Position numbers and translations under genes: made by a program. From assembly GCA_001661245.1 (NCBI GenBank), contig KV454015.1, forward strand, positions 124,001-188,000: DNA of 64,000 nucleotides. Direction: 5' to 3'. Below, piece after piece: positions 21,566-32,702 of the stretch (positions are counted from its first letter, which is position 1; each line of letters opens with the position of its first letter). Below the pieces are notes generated by a model. The model did no database searches and was not told the origin of the DNA. It worked only from the letters and a program-made list of their open reading frames with translations. Origin of the DNA: Pachysolen tannophilus NRRL Y-2460. Taxonomy: Eukaryota.

Positions 21566-23137
21566 ATGAGTACTGAAATAGAAGAAAAGTCTGAGAAACC
21601 ATTGGAAGATGGGATTGATGGGAAAGTGGAATCTTTTGTAGCTGAAGATAAAGAACAAAATAATATAAATGATTCACAACAGGAAGAGAAGCAAACTATA
21701 GATTCTATCTTAAATAAGTTAGATGCAAACGATGATGAGGTTGTACCATATTTATCTGATGATGATGTTGCTGATATAAGTTTGCACAGTGAAGGGGAGA
21801 ACTCGGAAACGGATGCTTCTTCTGAATCATCGAACAACGAAACTGATGAGAGTGATCAAAGTGATCAAAGTGATCAAAGTGATGAGGATGAAGATAAGCA
21901 TGATAGGAAATCATCAGTTGCAGAGGTGGAATATGAAGACGATGATTTTGAAGAAGGAAATGATGATGGTCCTATTAGATCGAAGAACGAAGTGCTGGAT
22001 GAGCTTGCACCGGCTATACCGAAAGATGTTATAATAGATGAAAAGACTCCAATCGAGCTTATTGGAGAAGTAACATCATTGGTAGAACGCAGCATTATTA
22101 TTAAGGCACATGTATCTGCTGAATTTCGAGTCTTGAAAGAAGGATCCTTATTATGCTTTGAAGATAGATCTCTTTTAGGACCACTTTTCGAAGTATTTGG
22201 ACGATTGCAACAACCTTTTTATAGGGTTAAATTTAATACTGATGAAGATTTCAATAATTTTAAAGAAAAATTACATAGTAAAGTTTATTATGTTGTCCCC
22301 AAAGCACATTTTGTACAAACTTCCTCGATACGATTATTCAAAGGATCAGATGCATCAAATGCAAATGATGAAGAGGTTGATGAAAATAATTTGGATTATT
22401 CCGATGATGAACAAGAACAACTTGCTAAGAAATTGAAAAAGAAAAATAAAGGATCTAAAACTAAAAATCTGGACAAAAATTTGGAAAATGATTCAGGAAA
22501 ACTGATTCGTGCAATGGGACTGCTTCCGCAACCACCAACTTCTGTTAAACGTTCTATGGATACATTATTTGATAATAGTTCACAGCAACAAAAACGTAAA
22601 GTTCAAGACTATAAACCCATTTATACACAATACAAATCCATTTCTGAGCGTGAACGTCAACAGAAACCACAAGAACCACAACCAAAAGTTACAGAAACGC
22701 CAATTCAAGCTCACCAACTGATGCTGCTATTACAACTGCAATTCCAAAAAATAAATGAAAATAATAGCAGGCAACATAAAACGCAACATATACCTTCACA
22801 GCAACAACAACAACAACAACAACAACAACAGAGTTTCAACGGTAATCATTTTCCTTATCAGCAGCAACAGCAGCAGCAACAGCAACAGCAACAGTTCCAA
22901 CCTCGGGCCAATCCGTTACAGGCACTGCAATTTCAGCAGCTTCAAAATGCATTTATTTCACAAATGCAGCAGCAACAACAGCAACAACAACAACAACAGC
23001 AACAGCCTTATGTATCATACCAAAATCAGCAGCCACCACCACAACATAGAGAAAGAAAAAGTTATGATAAACGATTTCACTATAACAATAGACAGGAAGA
23101 ATTTAAAGATGATTCAAATGATGGGTTCGATTATTAA
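21566..23137 (+). CDS. NAF1: H/ACA snoRNP assembly factor Naf1
   Basis: GPIRSKNE, Gar1/Naf1 domain (VLKEGS...FEVFG...PFYRVKF), KGSDASNANDEE...YSDDEQE, Q-rich tail. First ATG at 21566. Confidence 0.93.
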   Translation: MSTEIEEKSEKPLEDGIDGKVESFVAEDKEQNNINDSQQEEKQTIDSILNKLDANDDEVVPYLSDDDVADISLHSEGENSETDASSESSNNETDESDQSDQSDQSDEDEDKHDRKSSVAEVEYEDDDFEEGNDDGPIRSKNEVLDELAPAIPKDVIIDEKTPIELIGEVTSLVERSIIIKAHVSAEFRVLKEGSLLCFEDRSLLGPLFEVFGRLQQPFYRVKFNTDEDFNNFKEKLHSKVYYVVPKAHFVQTSSIRLFKGSDASNANDEEVDENNLDYSDDEQEQLAKKLKKKNKGSKTKNLDKNLENDSGKLIRAMGLLPQPPTSVKRSMDTLFDNSSQQQKRKVQDYKPIYTQYKSISERERQQKPQEPQPKVTETPIQAHQLMLLLQLQFQKINENNSRQHKTQHIPSQQQQQQQQQQQSFNGNHFPYQQQQQQQQQQQQFQPRANPLQALQFQQLQNAFISQMQQQQQQQQQQQQQPYVSYQNQQPPPQHRERKSYDKRFHYNNRQEEFKDDSNDGFDY

Positions 23138-23299
23138 AATTAGAATTTCTACAAGGAGAATTTGAATTTTGTCATAAACGTCATTAATGTTATAAATTAA
23201 GGAATATAAATAATAAATAAGTCAACACTCCATAGCTACCGAAGCGTATATATATATATATGAACAAGAATTAAAAAAAATTAAAAAACATTAAAACTA

Positions 23300-24490
23300 T
23301 TAAAAACTTTCCGACAACCTTAACAGCTCATAATTTTTAACTTCTTCCAACATTTTCCTCCTTATTTCCAGGATTTCATTTCTATTATTATTTTCATTAT
23401 TGTTTTTATTAGCACTGTAAAAATTATAAGCATTACCTGAACTCCTATCCATATCATTTGAGATTACAGAAACCATAGAATAATCATCTCCATTATCGGC
23501 ATTAAAGGCACCTTCGTTAGTACCATGAAACTTAAAAGCCGAACTCATAGTACTTTGTATATCATCATTAATTATATTCTCAGTAGTAGGGGTAGCAGCA
23601 GGAGTTACAGGCGAAACAGGTGGTGAGACATCACCTGCATTTTGGCCAATAGCACTTTGGCTGGTGGCACTTTCGCTAGTAGCACTTTCGTTAGTAGCAC
23701 TCCTGTTATCAGAACTAAGAGGTGACCTTGGTCTTTTCAAGGAACTTAATTTCCTTTTCCAATTCAGTGGTTTATTCTTTGATTTAGTTGGTACCTTAGG
23801 TTCTGAAGCAATTCCAGTACCATTTGCTAAAAGCATATGGTCGTGCAGAGCCGAGATAGTATATTCATGAGTTTTAACATCATCTTTAGTTTCTTTACCA
23901 TACTTGTTAAAATTATATATTGGATCTGTACTACTATTGTTGGTCAAATCACTCAAATCACTTCCACTATGTAACATATCTTCTGAACCGTAAAATCTTA
24001 CTGGTGATAAAACTTCTTCTGGGTGATCTAATTGTACCAAATTTTCCAACTGATTAACATAATAATATTGTCTCAAGATAGGATCAAACTTAACATCCCA
24101 ACCAAAGGGCACTTTTGGAGCAGTCAATAATTCATCTGTGCTTGATGTTTGATTTGAGTCCTGAGACTCATTACCATCGATAGATGAAAAAACCGAATCA
24201 TTTTGATTACTTCCAAAAGAGTCACTAGCATTATCTATGTGGCCATTTTTCTTACTTCTTCTCATAGGAATCAGACCTATATTATCACTATCACTATGAT
24301 TAGTTATCTTCGTAATTATACTTAAACCTTTCTTGTTACCACTCTTGGTGCCTCCACTATTATTGGCACTACTATTATTATTGTCCGATGTCTTACTAGA
24401 AAAAATAGACAAGGATGGACATCTATGTAAATCCAACTTATGACTTCTGGGCAGAGAACCCGATAGACCATACTTTGAAACTATAGTCAT
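23300..24490 (-). CDS. Ser-rich low-complexity protein with one WW-like domain
   Basis: VPFGWDVKFDPILRQYYYVNQLENLVQLDHP. First ATG at 24490; internal 15-bp repeats encode SATNE/SATSE/SATSQ. Confidence 0.75.
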   Translation of the reverse strand: MTIVSKYGLSGSLPRSHKLDLHRCPSLSIFSSKTSDNNNSSANNSGGTKSGNKKGLSIITKITNHSDSDNIGLIPMRRSKKNGHIDNASDSFGSNQNDSVFSSIDGNESQDSNQTSSTDELLTAPKVPFGWDVKFDPILRQYYYVNQLENLVQLDHPEEVLSPVRFYGSEDMLHSGSDLSDLTNNSSTDPIYNFNKYGKETKDDVKTHEYTISALHDHMLLANGTGIASEPKVPTKSKNKPLNWKRKLSSLKRPRSPLSSDNRSATNESATSESATSQSAIGQNAGDVSPPVSPVTPAATPTTENIINDDIQSTMSSAFKFHGTNEGAFNADNGDDYSMVSVISNDMDRSSGNAYNFYSANKNNNENNNRNEILEIRRKMLEEVKNYELLRLSESF

Positions 24491-24957
24491 TTCTAAACTA
24501 TTCAATATTTAAAATAACTATACAGTCTTCTAACAAATATGAAATACCTTTTCCATTAAACAAAAAAATAAAACTTTTATAGCTAAAGTCCTTCAGTTCA
24601 TATTTATATTAATCATACCTCCGAAATTTTCTTAAGCTCTTTTTTTTTTCCAACTGTTTCTTCTAGCCGCTTACTAACATTGTTAAAAAATGATGAATAG
24701 TACCGATTACAAATGCATTATTATGCATAGAAAAAACCCCTAACATGCGTTATAACCGATCGGCTCTTAAGTACAAATGGGATTAATGGGAAAAAGTTTT
24801 ATATGTGCTTACTATATATTGGCCATACTAGAAAAACTTAGTCTTCATGGGATTTCTTGGCAATTTAGTTCCGCGTTTAAGAAAATTACGTCCGCAAATA
24901 AAATTTTTTGCAGATCTTTTCACGGAAACTACGGAGACTAAAGAAATACTTAAGGGT

Positions 24958-24964
24958 TGAAACA
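24958..24964 (+). promoter_or_regulatory. Consensus pheromone response element (Ste12) TGAAACA upstream of FIG1
   Basis: Exact TGAAACA in the divergent WW-gene/FIG1 intergenic region. Confidence 0.45.
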
Positions 24965-25633
24965 AAGTTATTGGTTAAAGACACCTTAATAGTTATAGTT
25001 ATTTGTTTATATGTTGTTGGTTGGACTTTACTATTCAGAAAAAAAAAAAAAAGAAAATAATTTGTATTTATAAGGTTGTTCGGTGTTACAAATTAATGAT
25101 CCCTAATTATTGATTATTGATTTAAATTATACGGATGTAATTAGTCATTAAGTATTTAAATAATTATTAATTTTTATTTTTGGAAAATAGATGATATAAT
25201 GATCCATGTACAGACCATCACTTTGAATTTAATCCGCTTAGTCAGGTACCCCCACCTGATACTTATATATATATATATATATATATTGCTATTTCCTAAT
25301 TCCTAATTCCTATTTAAGATCAAGTTTTTCATCTGTTACAAATTTGTTACAAATTAAAGTAATGAAGTGCACGGGAAATATTAATACTATTATTATTTCC
25401 TTATACTCGATGATACTACTATATATGTATTTTTTTTTTTTTTTTAGCTCTTACAATTAGAAAACATTTTCAATAACTTATTGTAACAATTCCTATGAAT
25501 TGGATGAGTTGAATGTTCTCAATTGGTTTGAAAGTAGTTGTAGATAAATATCGTAGTCTATGGTATAAATACACAATGAATTGATTAGAATTATGTCCTC
25601 TTCATTCTTTTTTACCTCATCCATCAGTTCAAG

Positions 25634-26434
25634 ATGATATCTATTAGTCTTGCATGGTTTCTCTTGAAGAAATCTCCAAGAATTTTGATGTTAATATTAT
25701 TATTTATTACTTTTTTCTTATTAGGTTTCTTATTAATGGGTTCAACTAAAAGTTCAGATACATATTCAGATATTTATTTAATTGAATTTTCATTTAATAA
25801 ATCTTCAACAATTTTCCCATTAATTGAAGATTCATATGAAGAAGAAGGTACAGGTAGTATTGCTAATATGACTGTTAGAACAGGTTACTTAGGGTTATGC
25901 GTTATTGAAAGTACAAATATTACATGTAGCTCAAGATCAGATTTAACAATTTTTGATTCAATAAATGGAGTATCATTATATGATTCTAGTTCTAACGAAA
26001 CAACTGCATCATTGGATTTAATTCATATAGCAGGAGAATTTGCAAATAAAGCATCAAATCCATATTTATTAATGGTTTCATTGGGAATTATTGTAGCATT
26101 ATTCTGTAATATCTTATATAGTGCAGTCCCATATTTACCATTTAAAAATTATAGTAATAAATTAACACTTATTTTAAGTTCTATTACTACTTTATTATGG
26201 GGGTTTGGTGCAATGTGGAGTGAAATTTGTGGTAAAAGTGTTAAAAGATTAATCGAACCTGGATCAATGTACATCATAACTGCTACTCAAGGATCAAAGG
26301 CTTTAGCCATGATATGGACAGCTTTCACCATGATATTCATAACATGCATCGGTTGTTTCATACTATATTTAAAAGATCTGAAAATAATGAATAAAAAATT
26401 TCATAAAGATCAAGATGAGGACAAAAAGATTTAA
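25634..26434 (+). CDS. FIG1: Fig1 mating-induced claudin-like membrane protein
   Basis: N-terminus MISISLAWFLLKKSPRI parallels S. cerevisiae Fig1; VRTGYLGLC...C claudin-like motif; 4 TM segments; G..A.AMIWTAF. Confidence 0.9.
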   Translation: MISISLAWFLLKKSPRILMLILLFITFFLLGFLLMGSTKSSDTYSDIYLIEFSFNKSSTIFPLIEDSYEEEGTGSIANMTVRTGYLGLCVIESTNITCSSRSDLTIFDSINGVSLYDSSSNETTASLDLIHIAGEFANKASNPYLLMVSLGIIVALFCNILYSAVPYLPFKNYSNKLTLILSSITTLLWGFGAMWSEICGKSVKRLIEPGSMYIITATQGSKALAMIWTAFTMIFITCIGCFILYLKDLKIMNKKFHKDQDEDKKI

Positions 26435-26525
26435 AAACATAAAGAAAAATAAACGTAGTGCGCATACTATCAACGATCCCAACTAAATATTAATACATAA
26501 ATACTTTTTCAATATTAATAGATAG

Positions 26526-26562
<37 letters not shown>

Positions 26563-26567
26563 TATCA

Positions 26568-26843
26568 ATGGCATCATTTATTACTGAACTTTGGGAATCT
26601 GTATTTACGCCCGGCACAACGCCTGCATTGGTAAAAGCTACACATGGTTCTTTTTTGGTCTTAATAATTTCGCTAATAACTTTGATTTTTGTTTCTGGAT
26701 CGATTCATTTTTTCAATTTATTGGTGATAGCAACATTATTATGGGGAACGGTTACTTGGTTTATAAATGAATTAGAAAAGGAAAAATTAAAAAGTAACCA
26801 GGATTTATCGAAAGAAAATGAAACTGATAAAAAGGCAAAATAG
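26568..26843 (+). CDS. PKR1: V-ATPase assembly factor Pkr1
   Basis: LWESVFTPGTTPALVKATH...SIHFFNL...WFINEL. Confidence 0.93.
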   Translation: MASFITELWESVFTPGTTPALVKATHGSFLVLIISLITLIFVSGSIHFFNLLVIATLLWGTVTWFINELEKEKLKSNQDLSKENETDKKAK

Positions 26844-27274
26844 ATTTAAAAGTAAAGTTTTTATAATAAAAAAAGTTGTATTTGAATTTATAAATTTGTA
26901 TGTACTATAATAAATAGATTTGGAAACAGTTAAAATATCATTTTAAATTTTACAATTGTAATTTTTTAAACATCATCAAAAAAAAAAAAAAGTAAATTAG
27001 TTATATTGTTGGTTTTAATAAGCAATTCGTAATATATATATATATATATTTATCTACTTTAATATCTTATGTACTGCGTTGAAATTAAATTTCTTCTTTT
27101 TTTTTCTTTTTTTTCTTATCGTTTTTGAGGACATAGGAAAAAATTAAAATTAAAATTAAAACAAAACAAAACAAACATCAGGTTATAAACCAATAATAAA
27201 TTAAATATACATTCTTAGTAAGCTGAAAAGTGTTTAATATAATATAATATTTGAAGCTATTATAGATATATAAG

Positions 27275-27908
27275 ATGAGCGATAAGTTTCAGCCAAAGAC
27301 CGCTGTTCAATTGGATCCTCCAAGAGATGATCCTATAACTATAGAAGAATTATCAAAATATGATGGTAAGTCTTAATTAAAAATTTAAAATCAAGTTAAT
27401 AGATTAAATGAATTAATTTTTTTGATCCCAATTCTTTTTTTTTGTTTCTAACATCTCGGGTCTACTTGTACTTTTTATTTAGGAGAACAATCAGATAAGA
27501 TGTACATTGCAATAAAGGGAACAATTTTCGATGTTTCACATAATATAAAAGCTTATGGTATTGGTAAAGGTTATCATGTCTTGGTAGGAAGGGACGCTTC
27601 AAGGGCGCTAGGGAAATCAAGCTTAAAACCTGAAGATACAGATCTTCTGGTCTCTTGGGACTACTCGGTCTTGGACGAGAGACAATTAAAAGTCTTGGAT
27701 GATTGGTTTACATTCTTCAGTAATAGGTAAGTTATCATTAACAAGGGGAAATTATACATATACACACACAGAAAAAAAGAAAAGAAAAGAAATATAAATA
27801 CTAACATTACTTTTTTTTTTATTTTTATTTTTTTTTTTATCTTCCAGATATAACATAGTTGGAAAAGTATCTAACATACCTTCTACTTCTAGCGCTCTGA
27901 AAAATTGA
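27275..27908 (+). CDS. Cytochrome b5-like heme/steroid-binding (MAPR) protein, 131 aa; join(27275..27365,27483..27726,27848..27908)
   Basis: Spliced product MSDKFQPKTAVQLDPPRDDPITIEELSKYDG-EQSDKMYIAIKGTIFDVS...GRDASRALG...WFTFFSNR-YNIVGKV. Both introns start GTAAGT, have CTAAC branch points and end in YAG. Confidence 0.92.
27366..27482 (+). other. Spliceosomal intron 1 of the MAPR gene
   Basis: GTAAGT ... TTCTAAC (27446-27452) ... TAG; removal restores the frame. Confidence 0.9.
27727..27847 (+). other. Spliceosomal intron 2 of the MAPR gene
   Basis: GTAAGT ... TACTAAC (27799-27805) ... CAG; removal restores the conserved RYNIVGK end. Confidence 0.92.
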
Positions 27909-28464
27909 TACGAAATGTGAATATGAATATGAATATGAATAATAATTAAAACTTTTTAATAACTATTTACCATAGTAGTGAGTTATTACCGAGCTATTTG
28001 CTCTATTCTCCAAAAGTAGTGTAAAAACTAACCAAGAAATTTCTCCTTCAATTGAAGAGGTCAAAAACTTGACTTTTAAAATGTTTTCTCTGAGACAAAA
28101 ATGTTAATTTATAAATAACAGATCCCGTTTGATATTTTTGAGATATAGCTTTTTTTTTTCTTTTTTCTCATATTGAAAAGGTAAGAAGAAAAATTTCATA
28201 TCTTTCATTTTATTATTCAGTGGGTTTTTTTATTATTATTATTAAAGCTTAATCTATCTCTTTCTTTCAATATTTCTGTTTCCCTTTCTTTCTTTTTTTT
28301 TTCTTTCTTTTTCTTTTTGCATTTTGATGCTCTTACTATTTGTACATAGTCATTTTCATTCTTTAATTGGAACCCGTTTTTAATAGTTTTTTTTCTTTTC
28401 TTCGGTTTGTTTCTTTAAAGTATCCTTCTTTTAAAGGGACTATACATTTATTTGAAATTTGGAA

Positions 28465-31400
28465 ATGGAAGCTGGAATGTCAAGTTTGAAAACTGGGCCA
28501 AGATCCACTCCTAATGGGTTTCCAGAACATATGAAAAGTCAAATGTTGAGTGAGATGGCGGCTGTTGATGTCACCAAGGAGGTTCCATTTCGTCCTAATT
28601 ATCCTTCTTCGTTAGCGAATCAGCAACAACAGGTGCCTCAGCAACTGCAGTATTATCCTCCTCAGTTTCAGCAACAACAGCAGCTACAACAACAACAGCA
28701 GCTACAACAACAACAGCAACTACAACAACAACAGCAACTGCAGCAGCAGCAACAGTTTTATCTGCAGGGACAGGGACAGGGAGCGGGAGTGGGACAGGGA
28801 CAATATGCCAATTATCCACAACAACAACAACAACAGTTCCTGGTTGACTATAATCAGCAAGGTCTTATGAGGCCAGGACCTTATTCTCCAAATATGAATA
28901 GAATGCGCCCGGGACCTCCGAAAACGGCCTCATCGTCTCGTAGGAGTTCAATGGTTTCGACTTCAACTTCAATGAATAATTTTTTTAAAAAAGGTATGAA
29001 GGGAATGAGATTTGGTCATCATGATAAAGAAGTTGCCGGTTTTGTTGACGATGATGAAAAAGACGTATTGATGGATTCTTCAGATGTATATTTTAACGAC
29101 ATTGAACGTATTAGTGATAGAGGTAGATATGGAACAGGGTCAACTTCTAGTACAGCATTGGATTCAACCCCTTTGATCCCAACATTTGTATCAAGACCAG
29201 CAGATTCACCTAATACAGGGATTAATTCTGTTAGGGGTAATAAGATTTCAAATACTCAATATAGGAAACAAATGACTGCTGCAAAGAAATTACTGTACGC
29301 AAGAGCTGCTAATAGTAGTGGCGCCCCCCCTGGTGGACCAAGGGCGATGAGTATGCAAAATTCATTTGGTTATGAAGATCCTATGGACTCTAGAACCATG
29401 AGTTTAAACTCATCACCGTTTGCAGGACTGGGTTATAATCGTCCGGGAATGATGGATCCTCGAGCAATGTCTTTAAGCACCAATGGAATGGCTGTTTCAC
29501 CATTTTACAGACAACCTCAATTACAAAGATCAGCGATATTGCCACAAGGACAACAACAACAACAACTACAACAACTGCAGGGAGGACCCAGAGCAATGTC
29601 GTTGACTAATGGTCCTATGAATCGTGGGTATCCTGGCCCTCGTCCTATTTACCCACCACAAACTAGATTTTCATCTCCTCAACAGTTTCAAAGGGGGCAG
29701 TATCAACCTCTGGTGTCAGGAGCAGGGATGGGGCAAGGTCCAGAATCAACACTGGTACAGGGACCACAACAGCAGGATTCTTATCCAACACCTCCTGGAA
29801 CTCAACAACAACAACAACAACCTATCTCTTCAAGTAGTGGCGATGTAGCTGGTCCGACATTATCCACTTTTCAGAAAAATAATGATTCTAATAATATTTA
29901 TGATAATAATGAGAAAAACATCGCTGAGGGTAATGAGGAATATCAAAAAGTAGAAGTAGCTGATATTCAACAAGAAATATCTCAAACGCAGAAACCGAAG
30001 AAATTACGCAGGATTCCACCCCCTATAACATCTACTGAAGATCTTGTACAGCAACTGCAAGGGTCTGAATCTCAAAAGGATGTGAATAATAATGCTTTAA
30101 GTGGAAATCACGAAAAAGGAAGAGAATTGGAATTGGGTGATGCAAGTCCTGTTCATCGTCCTGCTATGTCCCCACCGGCTGGTTTGAGACTTAACACATC
30201 CAATCAACCATCACATCAACCATCTTTAAATAAAATAGATTTTAACATATCTCCAACAATTGCTAGCAATAATAAGAACGAAATTTCGAAAGAGAAGTCA
30301 ACTACTCAAATTGAAGACTCTGATGCCAGTTTTGTTGGAAAAAGAAATTCGGTACCTAATCATAATGGTCACTCTAGAATAAAATCGTTGTCAACTATAT
30401 CAGGCTCATCAGGTATGAGTAGTAGTAAAGAACAAAATCAAACTCAAAACAATAGGTATTTGTATCAATTGACCAATAACACTACGCTGACAGATGTCTT
30501 TGTCACTGCAACTCAGTTGTCATTACATGATGGGGCTTCGGCTGATGAAGAACATCATGACCATGACTTTTCTGTAGGTAATGATCATGCAGATACTATT
30601 AGTATCCCATCAAATTTAAACAAATACGATGCATTAGATGAGAATGATAAGAATAACTTGTCTGATGTGAGTACTATTCGTTTGTCCGGTAATTTAGATT
30701 TAGATCTGGAAAAGAATATGCTGTCAAAACGTTCATCTTTTATATCAAGTCATAGGGTATTGAATCCTTCATCACTGAAGACTTCTTCTTCTAATAATAC
30801 GTCCTCAAAGAAAAAAAATAGTTTTATCAAAAGGTTATCTTTTGGAAAACCATCTTCATCAAAGAAAGAAAAGAAATCTGACATTATTACTAGTGATAAC
30901 AGTATTAAAGATAAAGAAAAAGCAGATGGAGTGATATATGTGAAATCGCCAACAGATAGAATTATTAGTAAGGAAGATTCAATATTTAACAATGGACGTA
31001 ATGATAAAAACAGCACTACTGATATGCATTTATTAGAGAAACCAGAAAAGAGTAAAGAGATAAGAGATTTTAGTTTTGGGAGTGAAGCTGAAGTGCTTAG
31101 AACTGGACCTCTTTTTGGTCAAAGAAGTTCAACATCTCTTATCAGTAATGCAATCTCTTCTTCCAGGTTTCTGTCTTCACAAGCATCAGTAGTTATACCT
31201 AAAGCAAATGGAGTAGAAGATCATAGTTCGTCGTCAGAAATAGTCAAGGTTCCATCGGCTAATAATATGAATTCAAATACTCCAAAGTTGGAATTTACTG
31301 TTGAGCAATTGGGAATTATGCAAGCGAACTCATCATTATTGAGTGAATTGGAATTTGTATCAAAAGAATTGGCTGATTCCATATCACGTGAAATAATATT

Positions 31401-32256
31401 GGATCAAAAAGTACAAGGTTTGGAGAGAAATGTATCAACACCTTCATTGGCTGAATTTCAGATCCATAATAATAGAGACAACAAATCTGATCACGAAAAT
31501 GAGTTGAGAGCCAAATCAAATGAGATTGCAAGTTTGACTAAAAAATTAGCAGATGAACGTAAAAAAAGATACATTGCAGAAGAACATGCTTTAAGATGGG
31601 AAAATGGGATGAAACCTTCTGCTTTGGATTTGAATTATAAAAATTCGGAATTATCTAAAAAATTAAAGGATAAAGAAGAATTAATTGATCAATATCTGTC
31701 GAAACTAGCAATTTTGGAACTGGAAAAACCAGAGTTATTGAACAAGATTAAAACTTTAAATAAGAAGAACAAGAATTATGAAAGAAATATTATTCCAAAT
31801 TTAGAAAATCAGCTTACAATTTTACAAAATGACAACAAATACAAGAAACTAGAGCAGGATTTCAAGTTTTTGAATATAGAAAATGAGAATTTGAAAAAAG
31901 AATTAAATGAATCAAGGGATATAACTTCTTTAGAAGATCAGAAAAATGCTTTACGGGATGCATTAAGATCACTTAAAGATCAATCGGATAGAGAATTAAG
32001 ACTTTCTCAGGACAAAATTAAAATTTTAGAATCTAGAATCTCCAAGATGAGTTCTCCTAATCTTGGAAATAGAAAATTTACAAATGAAAGATCAGTATCT
32101 CAAAATACTTCACCAAATTTAAGATTTGATACTAGTTTTCAAAATTTCAACAGTGATGAAATTTTTGAAAATGATAACGATTCAACGGATAACAATTTTT
32201 CAACAAAAAAATCAGTTAAATTACCTGTTGTAATTGCCACCAATTTTAATGAATGA
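28465..32256 (+). CDS. EPO1: Epo1-like ER-polarity protein (YMR124W family), polyQ N-terminus, coiled-coil C-terminus
   Basis: SNTQYRKQM, repeated (G/D)PRAMS(L/M) and RTMSL, LLSELEFVSKELADSISRE; lies between PKR1 and STO1 as in S. cerevisiae. Confidence 0.75.
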   Translation: MEAGMSSLKTGPRSTPNGFPEHMKSQMLSEMAAVDVTKEVPFRPNYPSSLANQQQQVPQQLQYYPPQFQQQQQLQQQQQLQQQQQLQQQQQLQQQQQFYLQGQGQGAGVGQGQYANYPQQQQQQFLVDYNQQGLMRPGPYSPNMNRMRPGPPKTASSSRRSSMVSTSTSMNNFFKKGMKGMRFGHHDKEVAGFVDDDEKDVLMDSSDVYFNDIERISDRGRYGTGSTSSTALDSTPLIPTFVSRPADSPNTGINSVRGNKISNTQYRKQMTAAKKLLYARAANSSGAPPGGPRAMSMQNSFGYEDPMDSRTMSLNSSPFAGLGYNRPGMMDPRAMSLSTNGMAVSPFYRQPQLQRSAILPQGQQQQQLQQLQGGPRAMSLTNGPMNRGYPGPRPIYPPQTRFSSPQQFQRGQYQPLVSGAGMGQGPESTLVQGPQQQDSYPTPPGTQQQQQQPISSSSGDVAGPTLSTFQKNNDSNNIYDNNEKNIAEGNEEYQKVEVADIQQEISQTQKPKKLRRIPPPITSTEDLVQQLQGSESQKDVNNNALSGNHEKGRELELGDASPVHRPAMSPPAGLRLNTSNQPSHQPSLNKIDFNISPTIASNNKNEISKEKSTTQIEDSDASFVGKRNSVPNHNGHSRIKSLSTISGSSGMSSSKEQNQTQNNRYLYQLTNNTTLTDVFVTATQLSLHDGASADEEHHDHDFSVGNDHADTISIPSNLNKYDALDENDKNNLSDVSTIRLSGNLDLDLEKNMLSKRSSFISSHRVLNPSSLKTSSSNNTSSKKKNSFIKRLSFGKPSSSKKEKKSDIITSDNSIKDKEKADGVIYVKSPTDRIISKEDSIFNNGRNDKNSTTDMHLLEKPEKSKEIRDFSFGSEAEVLRTGPLFGQRSSTSLISNAISSSRFLSSQASVVIPKANGVEDHSSSSEIVKVPSANNMNSNTPKLEFTVEQLGIMQANSSLLSELEFVSKELADSISREIILDQKVQGLERNVSTPSLAEFQIHNNRDNKSDHENELRAKSNEIASLTKKLADERKKRYIAEEHALRWENGMKPSALDLNYKNSELSKKLKDKEELIDQYLSKLAILELEKPELLNKIKTLNKKNKNYERNIIPNLENQLTILQNDNKYKKLEQDFKFLNIENENLKKELNESRDITSLEDQKNALRDALRSLKDQSDRELRLSQDKIKILESRISKMSSPNLGNRKFTNERSVSQNTSPNLRFDTSFQNFNSDEIFENDNDSTDNNFSTKKSVKLPVVIATNFNE
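28621..28835 (+). repeat. CAA/CAG polyglutamine tracts with 18-bp (QQQQQL) periodicity
   Basis: CAACAACAACAGCAGCTA-type units in tandem. Confidence 0.9.
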
Positions 32257-32702
32257 TTGATCCAGTTTTTTTCTCTACTTTTTTTCTTTTTTGTCTATAA
32301 AAACAGTCACTGTTTATGATTGTATGAAGTACCCTAATTACCTTCCGCTTTTTCTTTCTTTTTTTTTATTTATCTCCTGATATATAATCATTGTTGTCTG
32401 GTGTTACATTTTGGAATCAATAGGTATAAATAGATATAAATAGGTTTAATCTATAGATTATTCGGTTGGTTTAATTTTTATTTGTAGGTTTTTGACTATC
32501 CGTGAAAAAAAAAAAAAAAAAAAAAACAAAAAAAAAAAAAAAATGAAAAATATTTAAAAGTTTTAACCAAAATTGAATAACCTTTGTGTTTATTTTATAG
32601 ATGCAATAAAGTCATTAATTTACTTTAATTTTTCTTTTTTCTTTTCCGATCAAGAGAAGAAGAATAAGCATTAGAATTGCATCTAGATAGTTTTAAAGAA
32701 CG

